Assembly: GCA_003228495.1 (NCBI GenBank)
Contig: QIDY01000052.1
Coordinates: 1 to 43,166 of the forward strand
Reading direction: 5' to 3'
DNA from: Nitrospirota bacterium
GTDB lineage: Bacteria > Nitrospirota > Nitrospiria > Nitrospirales > UBA8639
DNA: 43,166 nt
Positions 35,479-43,166 of the stretch are shown piece after piece. Position numbers and translations under genes: made by a program. Below the pieces are notes generated by a model. That model was not told where the DNA came from, did no database searches, and was given only the letters and a program-made list of their open reading frames with translations. How positions within the stretch are numbered: position 1 is the first letter of the stretch; every line of letters starts with the position of its first letter.

Positions 35479-36650
35479 GACCAGGGGAGAGAAACCTGCT
35501 TAGTCGTCGGGGCCAACTTGGAAAGATGGTCAAAAAAAGCAATCCGTTCCTCAAGGCTAAAATCCTTAAGGGGCTTTTCTGTCTTCCCATGAAAGCTCCG
35601 AGTATTTATCAGGTGTTGGAGTGCCCGACACTGCTCCTCAGCGTCACTGGCCTCAAAGTCTAAGACCGCGTTTAAGGTTACACCTTCCGCGCTCCCTGGC
35701 TTGGGATCAATGGCACTGCACTCAATCGGCTTGGCCTCCGCGGTAGGCTCGGGCTCAACAAAAGGTTGCACGTCACCGGCATCGTTGCCGGTAAATTCCA
35801 ACGAGGTCAACGCTGGCGGGCCTTTCGGATCTACCAGGGCCGGTAGGGCTTGGGCTGTGGCTTGTAGGGCTAGCTTGGGGTCCATGTCTGCCACAGAGGA
35901 TGGAGGGTAAAGGCTATCTATGGCCCCCATACTATTTTGAAGCATGAACTGTCGATCAAGAGGGTGGTTCGGGTCCGGTTGGAAGATGATCTTCAAGACA
36001 ATAAAAGGGTTCGCGAGTTCTTCCACGGTATACGTTCCCTTTAGTTGACCGAGTTCTCGAACGCACCGTGTTTGCGCTCCGGTTTGGGCATTGGTCAACT
36101 TGTGCTTCCGCTTCTCAATCATTTCTTCTTTGGTTTCATGGGCAATCCAACCCTCGGCCTCTTCCGGGGTTGTCGCTCTCCAACTCTTCGGCAACTTATC
36201 AGCCGGGCACCGACCGCTTCGGAAATAGTTTGAGCGGTCAGTATTTTTCAGCAAAATCCCATCATAGATCGCGTCAAGGTCAATCTCTTTGTCCTTCTCC
36301 ACATGCTGCCAACTTCCATCAATCCCCTTCCGGCTTGCCTTGGCCCGGAACCGGATACAGCTTTGCGTACTCCCGGCCAGTACCTCCCCACCTCTCCATA
36401 TCACGTTGAGGGCATTGCTAAACTTGCGAATACATTGAGCGGTCATTGAGAGCTTCCCGCCCTTCTGCTCATAGACGTCACCGTAGGCCGGGTTCGGGTT
36501 CACCTCGACAATCTCAAGCGTTGGAACGTGCAGCGGGGGAACCTGGCTTAAGTGTTGGACATTGCCAACCACCGTGAACCCTTTTTTTCTGAGGGCTTCA
36601 AGTTCATCATTTAACCTGTCCATAATAGTTTTTGGATCAAGAGCTTCCAT
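35475..36650 (-). CDS. Putative Rad52-like single-strand annealing protein
   Basis: Upstream of sbcD/sbcC; TNAQTGAQTRCVREL resembles the Rad52/Sak A.T.A..RA helix; low-complexity linker and small C-terminal domain. Confidence 0.5.
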   Translation of the reverse strand: MEALDPKTIMDRLNDELEALRKKGFTVVGNVQHLSQVPPLHVPTLEIVEVNPNPAYGDVYEQKGGKLSMTAQCIRKFSNALNVIWRGGEVLAGSTQSCIRFRAKASRKGIDGSWQHVEKDKEIDLDAIYDGILLKNTDRSNYFRSGRCPADKLPKSWRATTPEEAEGWIAHETKEEMIEKRKHKLTNAQTGAQTRCVRELGQLKGTYTVEELANPFIVLKIIFQPDPNHPLDRQFMLQNSMGAIDSLYPPSSVADMDPKLALQATAQALPALVDPKGPPALTSLEFTGNDAGDVQPFVEPEPTAEAKPIECSAIDPKPGSAEGVTLNAVLDFEASDAEEQCRALQHLINTRSFHGKTEKPLKDFSLEERIAFFDHLSKLAPTTKQVSLPWS

Positions 36651-36686
36651 CGTAATTTCTCCTTCGTTGTATTAGTAATGACCGAC

Positions 36687-36938
36687 CTAAACGCCTACCG
36701 CCTCCTCTTCCATTTCTAGCACCGGGGCTTCCTTGCTGGCCGCAAAGAAAAAACTCGGGGGTATGTTCCAACGGTTGCACCATCGGAGCATCATGTCCAC
36801 CGTAGGCCGCTTGGTGCCCTTCGTCCACCGATAGACCGCTTGCGGCGTCACCCCAAATTCCTTGGCTAGCTCGGGCTCTGTTATTCCCTGCAAAATCAAT
36901 AGAGCCTTCACTCTGTCCGGGTTCCATACGTGGTACAT
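36687..36938 (-). CDS. XRE/Cro-family HTH regulator
   Basis: GITEPELAKEFGVTPQAVYRWTKGTKRP; RBS AAGGAGG. Confidence 0.9.
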   Translation of the reverse strand: MYHVWNPDRVKALLILQGITEPELAKEFGVTPQAVYRWTKGTKRPTVDMMLRWCNRWNIPPSFFFAASKEAPVLEMEEEAVGV

Positions 36939-36977
36939 TCTCTCCTCCTTGGGTTAAATATTGGACACGGACCCTAT

Positions 36978-37006
36978 AGGATATTGGGCCGAGGTTACAG
37001 TGTCAA
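36978..37006 (-). promoter_or_regulatory. Sigma70-like promoter for the HTH/recombination operon
   Basis: TTGACA-N17-TATCCT. Confidence 0.7.
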
Positions 37007-37010
37007 CCTA

Positions 37011-37349
37011 TCAGGCGATTTCCATTATTATCCTGGCTCCGTAGGCTAAAGAATCATTTTCATCAATGGCGGTGAAGCACTTGAACGTCATGTCATCGTA
37101 TAAAAGAATCTCGCCGGGGTCGCCTTCGCTGTCCGAATAAAACAACCTCATGCCTTGAGTGAGAATCAGACGCTTGACCAACTCAGCCACTACCACTTCC
37201 GCGGCGTTCGTCACCGTGGGGAAGATATCCCATGGTCCCACGTCACGGAGGACGACTCCCTTGGCATTGATCCCTATCACGTCATACCGGGGCAACTTCA
37301 TCTTGCCCCCTCCCTGCTTGACACTCTCTTCTTTATAGCTCATCGTCAT
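37011..37349 (-). CDS. Hypothetical phage protein
   Basis: Motif TVTNAAEVVV..L........RLFY.DSEG...EIL. Confidence 0.75.
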   Translation of the reverse strand: MTMSYKEESVKQGGGKMKLPRYDVIGINAKGVVLRDVGPWDIFPTVTNAAEVVVAELVKRLILTQGMRLFYSDSEGDPGEILLYDDMTFKCFTAIDENDSLAYGARIIMEIA

Positions 37350-37355
37350 TCTCCT

Positions 37356-37586
37356 TTACCGCCGATACTGGTTGGGGTTCATGGCCGGGAATAACTTCAC
37401 GGCCTCTTCCTGTCTCATCTTCATTCCGTACACCAACAACTTGTCCGCGGTCGGCACCCCGGCAAAGGTCGCCAGCGTGTACGCGGCCCAATCATCCACC
37501 TGTCCCAAAGTCACATAGGCGGTCCGGCCTTCACCGGCGTCGGCTCGGAAGATGGGTTGGCCCCGCTTGGTTAGAGTGTCGCTCAT
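37356..37586 (-). CDS. Hypothetical protein
   Basis: RBS AGGAGG; G..DDWAAY...G.KM...EA..LFP......YRR. Confidence 0.7.
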   Translation of the reverse strand: MSDTLTKRGQPIFRADAGEGRTAYVTLGQVDDWAAYTLATFAGVPTADKLLVYGMKMRQEEAVKLFPAMNPNQYRR

Positions 37587-37735
37587 TTTTGCCCTCCTGT
37601 GGTTGATGTTTTCCGCTTAATCTTCCGGCTAAACTCGGCCCCGCAATTCCGGCACTGGAACCACTTGAGGAATCACAAGACCCCAAGCAGTAAGGCCGGA
37701 CCCCCGCAACACGGGCATGGTCGCGGCCTACTCAT
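37583..37735 (-). pseudogene. Zn-ribbon protein with in-frame TGA (37673-37675)
   Basis: MSRPRPCPCCGGPALLLGVL*FLKWFQCRNCGAEFSRK...; overlaps neighbouring genes at both ends. Confidence 0.6.
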
Positions 37736-37880
37736 TCGATGTTCCTTTCGATTTGTCTTTGGCTTCCATGGTTTCTTGGAACGCTGTAACTAGATCGCAG
37801 CACTGACAGACCCGAGGCATCATAATTTCTCGCCAGAACATTTGTCCGCAAACCCGGCACTGAGTCGGCATGTGTTCCAT
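37728..37880 (-). CDS. Small Cys-rich protein (50 aa, not in track)
   Basis: MEHMPTQCRVCG...RVCQCC; TAATG coupling; RBS GGAGG. Confidence 0.55.
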   Translation of the reverse strand: MEHMPTQCRVCGQMFWREIMMPRVCQCCDLVTAFQETMEAKDKSKGTSNE

Positions 37881-38113
37881 TAGTAATCCTCCGTTTCGAT
37901 TGGTTCGTCACACTCATAATTTCCATCCTCAAAAATCTCGGGCCGGTACTGAGCCCGAACCGTTTCCTCACATCGGTCACATACCCGACCGCACCCTATC
38001 CCCCTGGCGTCAAGGAGGGTCCAGGTAAAGACCTCCCGTTCGTCGTGGGTGTCCCGGTGGTCAATCAATTCTTCGTGTGAGAACAAGCGCCTCACCGTCC
38101 CGTGGTTCGCCAT
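37880..38113 (-). CDS. Hypothetical protein
   Basis: DARGI.CGRVCDRCE...YRPEIF; TAATG coupling. Confidence 0.7.
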   Translation of the reverse strand: MANHGTVRRLFSHEELIDHRDTHDEREVFTWTLLDARGIGCGRVCDRCEETVRAQYRPEIFEDGNYECDEPIETEDY

Positions 38114-38310
38114 TATTTTTCCCCCTTGTCTGAAAAGTGCTGCTCTGTGATCTCATGAATCGTTTTCAATGTGGGCCACATCATGCAGGTAATGAAGGTT
38201 TCGTCCTGCATGTCCTGGCTTGCATCTGGCAAGTCTTGGAGCATCATTCCCATGTGGTGCAAAAACGCCTTACACTGTTCCTTTTTTGTGATGTATTCAG
38301 GGCTGTTCAT
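38113..38310 (-). CDS. Hypothetical protein
   Basis: Coupled at both ends; RBS GGAGG. Confidence 0.6.
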   Translation of the reverse strand: MNSPEYITKKEQCKAFLHHMGMMLQDLPDASQDMQDETFITCMMWPTLKTIHEITEQHFSDKGEK

Positions 38311-38525
38311 TTTCTGTTCCTCCGAATTATGACGTTATTGGCTAGCACGGTGACAAAGGGGATCCGGGGGTTTAGCTCGGCCAGCTGCCACACCAACGAA
38401 TCAGACATGGCTCCCACCTTGTCAGCTAACGCAATCCCGGCCTTGCAGCTGATCCGTTCAAATTTCCCGTACTCTTCCCGCAACTGAGCAATCTGTTTGT
38501 CTGTAAAAAGGTCTTGGCTCATCAT
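38307..38525 (-). CDS. Hypothetical protein, first gene of the leftward early operon
   Basis: RBS GGGAG; downstream of the leftward promoter. Confidence 0.65.
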   Translation of the reverse strand: MMSQDLFTDKQIAQLREEYGKFERISCKAGIALADKVGAMSDSLVWQLAELNPRIPFVTVLANNVIIRRNRK

Positions 38526-38581
38526 GTTTCTCCCGGTTAATGTGTCGCGTTCTATCTATCTTATCGGCACCTTTTCAATTA

Positions 38582-38610
38582 ACTTTACACTGCAACCTCA
38601 ACTTTATCAA
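38582..38610 (-). promoter_or_regulatory. Leftward early promoter
   Basis: TTGATA-N17-TAAAGT in the AT-rich divergent gap. Confidence 0.55.
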
Positions 38611-38686
38611 GTTTATTTTCCATATAAAACAACGAGTTATCCGTTGCTACTTTTTCGTGCTTTTTCTCGAAAAACGTCAAGAAACC

Positions 38687-38715
38687 TTGATAAACCCCGA
38701 TAAGGTAAGTAAGGT
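38687..38715 (+). promoter_or_regulatory. Rightward early promoter
   Basis: TTGATA-N17-TAAGGT. Confidence 0.55.
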
Positions 38716-38747
38716 TAGAGCGTAACGCAAACAACAAACCGTAGGAC

Positions 38748-38978
38748 ATGACCATGGAAAACTTAATTGGATTTGAAGTAGGGAAAACCTACACCACGAG
38801 ATCAGCCTGTGATTATAACTGCATAATCTCCATCACGGTCCTTCGGCGTACAGCCAAGACTATCACCACCGAGGACAAAACCTTTCGGGTGTCTACCGGG
38901 TACGACGGATTCGAGACAGTCAAGCCATGGGGACGCGGATCAATGATGCCCATCATTTCAGCCTATAAGGGGAACTGA
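38748..38978 (+). CDS. Hypothetical phage protein
   Basis: FEVGKTY.TRS.CDYNCI...TV.RRTAKTI. Confidence 0.75.
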   Translation: MTMENLIGFEVGKTYTTRSACDYNCIISITVLRRTAKTITTEDKTFRVSTGYDGFETVKPWGRGSMMPIISAYKGN

Positions 38979-38981
38979 CCG

Positions 38982-39188
38982 ATGAGAATCGAACCATTTG
39001 CTGGGATGCGGATGGCAATGCTTTTAAGGTGTTCAATGACTGAGATTGAACTAGATGAGACAGCGGGATGGTATTACCGGAACACCGATCAGCACCCATT
39101 TGAGGACGCGGAATGGGTGGGGCCGTTTTCAACTGAGGGAAGGGCCATGGTGGCTAGCCGTGAGGACCAAAACGAGCCCCAACATTGA
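38982..39188 (+). CDS. Hypothetical protein (start uncertain)
   Basis: GWYY...W.GPF.TE..A pattern. Confidence 0.6.
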   Translation: MRIEPFAGMRMAMLLRCSMTEIELDETAGWYYRNTDQHPFEDAEWVGPFSTEGRAMVASREDQNEPQH

Positions 39189-39254
39189 GCCATGCTAGCC
39201 ATCGATTAAAGTTCCTGGCCGGGTTGCCCGATAAGAGGGCATGGAAGGCAGATT

Positions 39255-39386
39255 ATGAAACGATTACAGGGCATAGAGCAGCAAGAGGCATGGGCCAGGT
39301 TTTGTATCCGGTTGGCCCTGGATTTGAGGAAGCGGACCACGCTGGTTTGGAGCCCACATTTTAACCGTTACCTCTTGCGGAGGTAG
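39255..39386 (+). CDS. Small hypothetical protein (43 aa, not in track)
   Basis: MKRLQGIEQQEAWARFCIRL...; purine-rich leader. Confidence 0.35.
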   Translation: MKRLQGIEQQEAWARFCIRLALDLRKRTTLVWSPHFNRYLLRR

Positions 39387-39456
39387 CCCCGAACGGGCCG
39401 GGAAGCGGGACAGTGGACGCACTGGACTCCCCCCCGGCCCCAAGGAAGGAGAAGGA

Positions 39457-39708
39457 ATGGACGGGTCATGGAAAGCGCTGGATGACCGGATCTTACTCAC
39501 GGTCAAGCATACCGCAGGATTGAGTGAAGGCACCCGAATTGAGATAGAAGAGGATACCTATTGGGTGACGAAGATCATTGACGCCCATACGGTTGAGTTA
39601 ATGCCTGAGCCCCGGCTTGGGGGTGAGGAAAAGCCACAGTGTTCCACATGGAACGTTGCATGGGTGCTGTTGCTGTTGATGCTCATCACCTATTTGATCC
39701 GCTTTTAA
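39457..39708 (+). CDS. Small protein with C-terminal transmembrane helix
   Basis: RBS AAGGAG; VAWVLLLLMLITYLI. Confidence 0.6.
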   Translation: MDGSWKALDDRILLTVKHTAGLSEGTRIEIEEDTYWVTKIIDAHTVELMPEPRLGGEEKPQCSTWNVAWVLLLLMLITYLIRF

Positions 39709-39723
39709 CCAGGAGAAAAAACG

Positions 39724-39927
39724 ATGAATGATCCTTTAGTGAGAATCTATCGAGACATTGAGGTTTTAGATACACTGATTGCTCGGGTTGCTTGCTTGGG
39801 CTCCCAAGCCAACCAATCCCGGCCAGTATCGGAGCCCGTGCGTAAGGTGGCCATACCACTCGAAACCTATGTCGGGGCCTTCATGCCCCAAGGAGGAAAC
39901 CATGTTCAAACTCGGAACCTTTCTTAA
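39724..39927 (+). CDS. Hypothetical protein
   Basis: RBS AGGAG. Confidence 0.55.
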   Translation: MNDPLVRIYRDIEVLDTLIARVACLGSQANQSRPVSEPVRKVAIPLETYVGAFMPQGGNHVQTRNLS

Positions 39928-40045
39928 TGATTGGGGAGTGACTTTAATCTCCGGAGCCGCGGTAATATTCGTGCTGTTTTACATTCTCCCCGCGGTCATC
40001 GGGGGAATGGCAGCACTTAAAGTCATCACGAATGCGTTCCCGTAG
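39902..40045 (+). CDS. Small membrane protein
   Basis: Start re-assigned to ATG 39902 (RBS AAGGAGG); hydrophobic GVTLISGAAVIFVLFYILPAVIGG. Confidence 0.6.
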   Translation: MFKLGTFLNDWGVTLISGAAVIFVLFYILPAVIGGMAALKVITNAFP

Positions 40046-40047
40046 AC

Positions 40048-40293
40048 ATGAATCAAGGGATTGATGAATCAACGCGGAAATTAATAATCGATCATATTGA
40101 ACGGTCTTGGCAATTCTCCTACTGTCCAATTAAAGAAAGCAGTTGCTTTATTTGCGGGGGTGTTTTGCTAAAAGGAGAAATGTGTCTGCGTACCTGGTTA
40201 ATGACGAGAGATTCTACTGTGGCTTGGGTTGTGGTTCATGTTAGATATAAATCATGTAAGGGGGAGCCAGATGAAGCAAGCGTTAAAAAATGA
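40048..40293 (+). CDS. Zn-binding hypothetical protein
   Basis: CFICGG.L.KGE...H.....C. Confidence 0.55.
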   Translation: MNQGIDESTRKLIIDHIERSWQFSYCPIKESSCFICGGVLLKGEMCLRTWLMTRDSTVAWVVVHVRYKSCKGEPDEASVKK

Positions 40294-40540
40294 ATATGAA
40301 CTAGCCCTGGAAGCCCTGTATTATCTGACATCTGACATCAAGAATCTTTATGGTATGCAACACAGAGCCGGGTGTCCTGAATATCCCCTCCTGTGTGAAT
40401 TTCAGGCCATCCGGCGAAGAGTCAACACCTTGGCTGGGGACATTGGTCGGGCTAAGCTCCACCTTGAACGCACCATAACGAGTAGCAATCTTTTACGGAA
40501 CACTAACCAACGACTCACAACCCCTCCCAACATCACATAA
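40271..40540 (+). CDS. Hypothetical helical protein
   Basis: Start ATG 40271 (MKQALKNE), RBS GGGGAG. Confidence 0.55.
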   Translation: MKQALKNEYELALEALYYLTSDIKNLYGMQHRAGCPEYPLLCEFQAIRRRVNTLAGDIGRAKLHLERTITSSNLLRNTNQRLTTPPNIT

Positions 40541-40582
40541 TCGACACCTCGTTCCTGCTCCTTTCTGACCGGCTAAAACAGC

Positions 40583-40605
40583 AACGGGGAGAAAGCTCCC
40601 CGTTT
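40583..40605 (+). terminator. Hairpin, possible terminator
   Basis: AACGGGGAG-AAAG-CTCCCCGTT; short U-tract. Confidence 0.5.
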
Positions 40606-40746
40606 ATCCCAGAAGCGCCAGCAACCAGAGGCAACCGGCTAGGATCTATTATGTAACGAGTAGGAACATCCCTCGACCCTTTTCCCCCGGTGCCCGGTGC
40701 CGTATACTCTCCCTTTCTGACCTTCACCTACACTCAAGGAGGCCCC

Positions 40747-41478
40747 ATGCCCGACACGCTTGACCCCCAACCAACCCCCGAAAGCCCGGAGAAACCTACC
40801 GAGGTTGCCCGTGAGCAACCTTTCTCCCCTCCCCCTATGCCAGCGGACCCAGGAGTCAAGCGGCCTTCCACCATGCCCCAAGGAGCCCCTAGGGCTTGGC
40901 TATTCAAGGGCCAAGGACGAATCACCATACTGCAACCCCGAAGCGCCCTTGTCAAGATAGCGGACTACCTGCGAACCGGGCTAGGGGCCAGCAAGCAAGA
41001 GCGAATAGCGTTGAGCCGTATACTCGATAGCATGATAGACCGCACGGTTGAGCTTCAAAGGATCTACGATCGCACGGTCAGTCAGGCGATGGAAGAAGAT
41101 CCGGTTGAGAACCCTCACCGAGTTGTGGGAGGCAATGGGTTTTTTATTCGGTGGGAATTGATACAGGAAATTGATGTCATGTATTGCTTGGATCTTGTGT
41201 CGAGGAAAACCCCTTACCCGGCAAGCTACATATTCCGGCAAGCCAAGGAAGGGGTCCAGGTGACGGAGATTATGCATCCGAGGATCGACATGCTAGGTGG
41301 TGTCTGCGGTGGCCTCTTTACTTGCGTTATTCGCTTGGGAGCCGTTGTGAGTCTCAAGCCGGGTCAAGGCCCTGTTGATTCCGATGATGGCCCCATCAAG
41401 GACAGCCTCGACGTAGGACGTAGCCAAGGCGAGATCGGGGTTGGTGGTGTCGAGGTAGGGCCTGATCCTCATAAGTAA
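40747..41478 (+). CDS. Hypothetical protein with Pro-rich N-terminus
   Basis: RBS AAGGAGG before ATG 40747; the 3' end overlaps the convergent lipoprotein gene by 186 nt. Confidence 0.6.
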   Translation: MPDTLDPQPTPESPEKPTEVAREQPFSPPPMPADPGVKRPSTMPQGAPRAWLFKGQGRITILQPRSALVKIADYLRTGLGASKQERIALSRILDSMIDRTVELQRIYDRTVSQAMEEDPVENPHRVVGGNGFFIRWELIQEIDVMYCLDLVSRKTPYPASYIFRQAKEGVQVTEIMHPRIDMLGGVCGGLFTCVIRLGAVVSLKPGQGPVDSDDGPIKDSLDVGRSQGEIGVGGVEVGPDPHK

Positions 41479-41796
41479 AATCTGGACAATACCCTCAGCC
41501 AAATCCTGATAGACAGGATCCACGTTGACCAGAAAGGTTTGAGTGACCGGCACAAGTTCGGTCGGGTTCTCGCTCAAGGTGTTGACCATCACGGCCTTAA
41601 TCCCGATGAAGACTCTCTGCAAGGCTTCGAGTTGCGCCCGGTCAAGATTCTCTTGAGTGAGCGCGACCGACATAATGGTTTGAGCCGCGATCTTCGCTTC
41701 CATGGGAGAGGGCGGTGCTTGCCCGGTACCATCCCCCGCTCTACACCCAAGGAACGCGATTGAGATAAACAACATGGCCGCGATAATCTTTCTCAT
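41293..41796 (-). CDS. Lipoprotein in the lysis cassette (spanin candidate)
   Basis: Signal peptide and lipobox MRKIIAAMLFISIAFLG-C; ATGA-coupled to the endolysin. Confidence 0.75.
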   Translation of the reverse strand: MRKIIAAMLFISIAFLGCRAGDGTGQAPPSPMEAKIAAQTIMSVALTQENLDRAQLEALQRVFIGIKAVMVNTLSENPTELVPVTQTFLVNVDPVYQDLAEGIVQILLMRIRPYLDTTNPDLALATSYVEAVLDGAIIGINRALTRLETHNGSQANNASKEATADTT

Positions 41797-42149
41797 GATT
41801 CTCCTAGCCTCCCATAAGATAGTTTCGGTTGGAACTCAACGTGCAACCGCATCTCTTTGAATTTTAGGATAACGTCAAAGTCGTCCCCCAAGTTGTCCTT
41901 CACCCGCAAGGACATATCTTCGATTGATTGTGAAGGGGAACGGTTCCTCACCGTCCAGTCCAAAGCGTTCCCTGAAAAATGCAGGGAGCCGGGCATGTGT
42001 TCCCCTTCAAGCCCCCCGCTGATCTCATACTCCAACCCATATTCTTCCATGCACTGATCGACTACTATGACCGCAACCAGCATCGGCGTCGTGAGTCCGT
42101 GAAGTCTGGCCCCATACGGACCGCCTTTAACTCGGATCATGCTATCCAC
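41793..42149 (-). CDS. Endolysin, peptidase M15-like
   Basis: Zn-ligand motifs SLHFSGNALD (H-x6-D) and LHVEF. Confidence 0.8.
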   Translation of the reverse strand: MDSMIRVKGGPYGARLHGLTTPMLVAVIVVDQCMEEYGLEYEISGGLEGEHMPGSLHFSGNALDWTVRNRSPSQSIEDMSLRVKDNLGDDFDVILKFKEMRLHVEFQPKLSYGRLGES

Positions 42150-42516
42150 CCATCCCTAGAAAGCGCCTCACTGAGTCAAGGGATAATCCCGCAATCGCTA
42201 CCCACAACCACCGGAGCATAATCTGGCGAGTTTTCTCTTGCTGCTCTAAAGCTACAACCCTAGATAAGATTGCAATCGAAGGAGTGCTTCCCTTGCCATA
42301 CAAGATACCTTCCAGTTGCGCGAGCAACTTCTCAATACGGTCAAAGTCTTCCGATACATGCTCTACCCCGGCCTGTACTCCGACAAGACTCGTGGCCAAA
42401 TGAGAAATGGTCGACTCTAATGAACCGAGCTTATTCCAGATGTCGCGAGTTTGGTCATGCGTCAATTCCTCACCTTCAACTTCTCCAACTAAAGTTGGTT
42501 TGAAAGCTGTTTCCAT
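42142..42516 (-). CDS. Coiled-coil membrane protein (holin/XhlA-like)
   Basis: Coiled coil followed by the TM segment IMLRWLWVAIAGLSL; adjacent to the endolysin. Confidence 0.6.
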   Translation of the reverse strand: METAFKPTLVGEVEGEELTHDQTRDIWNKLGSLESTISHLATSLVGVQAGVEHVSEDFDRIEKLLAQLEGILYGKGSTPSIAILSRVVALEQQEKTRQIMLRWLWVAIAGLSLDSVRRFLGMGG

Positions 42517-42531
42517 ATCGAACCTCCCCGG

Positions 42532-42711
42532 TTAGGAGCCTTTCGACTGCTTGATCCCTTTTCTTCCAGCACCAACACCGGCGACGACCAACCCGGTTTC
42601 CTGAATCACGGTTCCGGCCTCAGAGTCAATCATTCGCACGAGCCCACCTATGCCGGACATCACGAGCCCCGCAATCGTTAGATACCCATTAAAGGCCCAT
42701 AAAAAATTCAT
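42532..42711 (-). CDS. Small holin-like membrane protein (59 aa, not in track)
   Basis: MNFLWAFNGYLTIAGLVMSGIGGLV...GLVVAGVGAGRKGIKQSKGS: two hydrophobic segments and a basic tail; RBS GAGGAGG. Confidence 0.6.
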   Translation of the reverse strand: MNFLWAFNGYLTIAGLVMSGIGGLVRMIDSEAGTVIQETGLVVAGVGAGRKGIKQSKGS

Positions 42712-42758
42712 GATTTTCCTCCTCAGTAGGTGAAGGAACGTTAGTCACTGTCCTGCTA

Positions 42759-43166
42759 TTAAAGCACGTTTGGGCTCTGACAAGTCTTGATCGGCTGGCC
42801 AAGGTGTAGCCCCTCCATGCAAATTTCCGCAATACCCGAAAGCGCGGTGCTGTCCTGAGCGACAATGCTAAAGCTGATCCACGCTTGGGTGGATTGGTTT
42901 AAGGAGAAGTCTTGCGCTGTGATCCCCACGGAATATTTCCCTAGATCCTCAACACCAATGGATGGACAATCTAATTTCAAAAGGCTTGGATCTGCAAAAA
43001 CCTGTTCCTTTAGTTTGTCCCAATCATGCAAGTCATCTTTTCGCGTGACCACCACGAAGCCCTTGTGGTCTCCTGCGATGTGCCATGATGAAATTAACGT
43101 CCCAGGATTATCCGGGTCATCGACCATGGGTGCCTGCAAAGCTAACGTGCATCCGGGGTTCGCGGT
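42759..43166 (-). CDS. Hypothetical protein, possibly Fn3/Ig-like; probably 5'-truncated
   Basis: Frame open to the window edge; G.YSVGITAQDFSLNQS resembles a Fn3 C-terminal strand. Confidence 0.5.
   Translation of the reverse strand, partial: TANPGCTLALQAPMVDDPDNPGTLISSWHIAGDHKGFVVVTRKDDLHDWDKLKEQVFADPSLLKLDCPSIGVEDLGKYSVGITAQDFSLNQSTQAWISFSIVAQDSTALSGIAEICMEGLHLGQPIKTCQSPNVL

Noticed and set aside
37732-37980. Track ORFs 37732-37980 and 36637-36927
   Set aside because: They are alternative frames overlapping better-supported genes (37728-37880, 37880-38113 and the HTH gene 36687-36938).
1-43166. Genome-wide stop-codon reassignment
   Set aside because: Only isolated in-frame TAG/TGA cases; TAG, TGA and TAA all end conserved genes normally, with many ATGA overlaps.
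1-43166. Integrase, att site, tRNA or rRNA genes
   Set aside because: None recognised by eye; lifestyle and host cannot be determined from this window.

Overview
The window holds most of the genome of a long-tailed (siphovirus-like) dsDNA phage or prophage, transcribed mainly on the minus strand. From right to left it contains: a lysis cassette (holin-like, M15 peptidase endolysin, lipoprotein); a divergent early region of small genes; an HTH regulator; a recombination/replication block (putative Rad52-like annealing protein, SbcD, SbcC, DUF1376 initiator, RusA); accessory genes; a cupin/ParB/PAPS-reductase module; terS, terL, portal, Mu-F, scaffold and capsid; a low-GC block of virion accessory genes; neck and tail genes; and the start of the tape measure gene. 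No integrase, tRNA or classical CRISPR array was seen. The standout is a compact candidate RNA-guided system at 26245-27699. A solo RAMP/Cas7-like gene is followed directly by two non-coding arrays with strict 5-nt periodicity (GAY-NN on the transcribed strand, 37 and 22 units) and then by a putative accessory gene. Reading the variable NN dinucleotides of the longer array as codon positions 1-2, with the wobble base skipped, spells HGGKRLRGV(E/D)SPTFKHGRYSKVSPKG. This is homologous to the phage's own terminase small subunit segment HGGKSLSGINSPLFKTGRWSKYLPTG. It suggests a non-contiguous guide aimed at the terS gene of a related competing phage. All calls were made by eye from motifs and synteny; no database searches were run.
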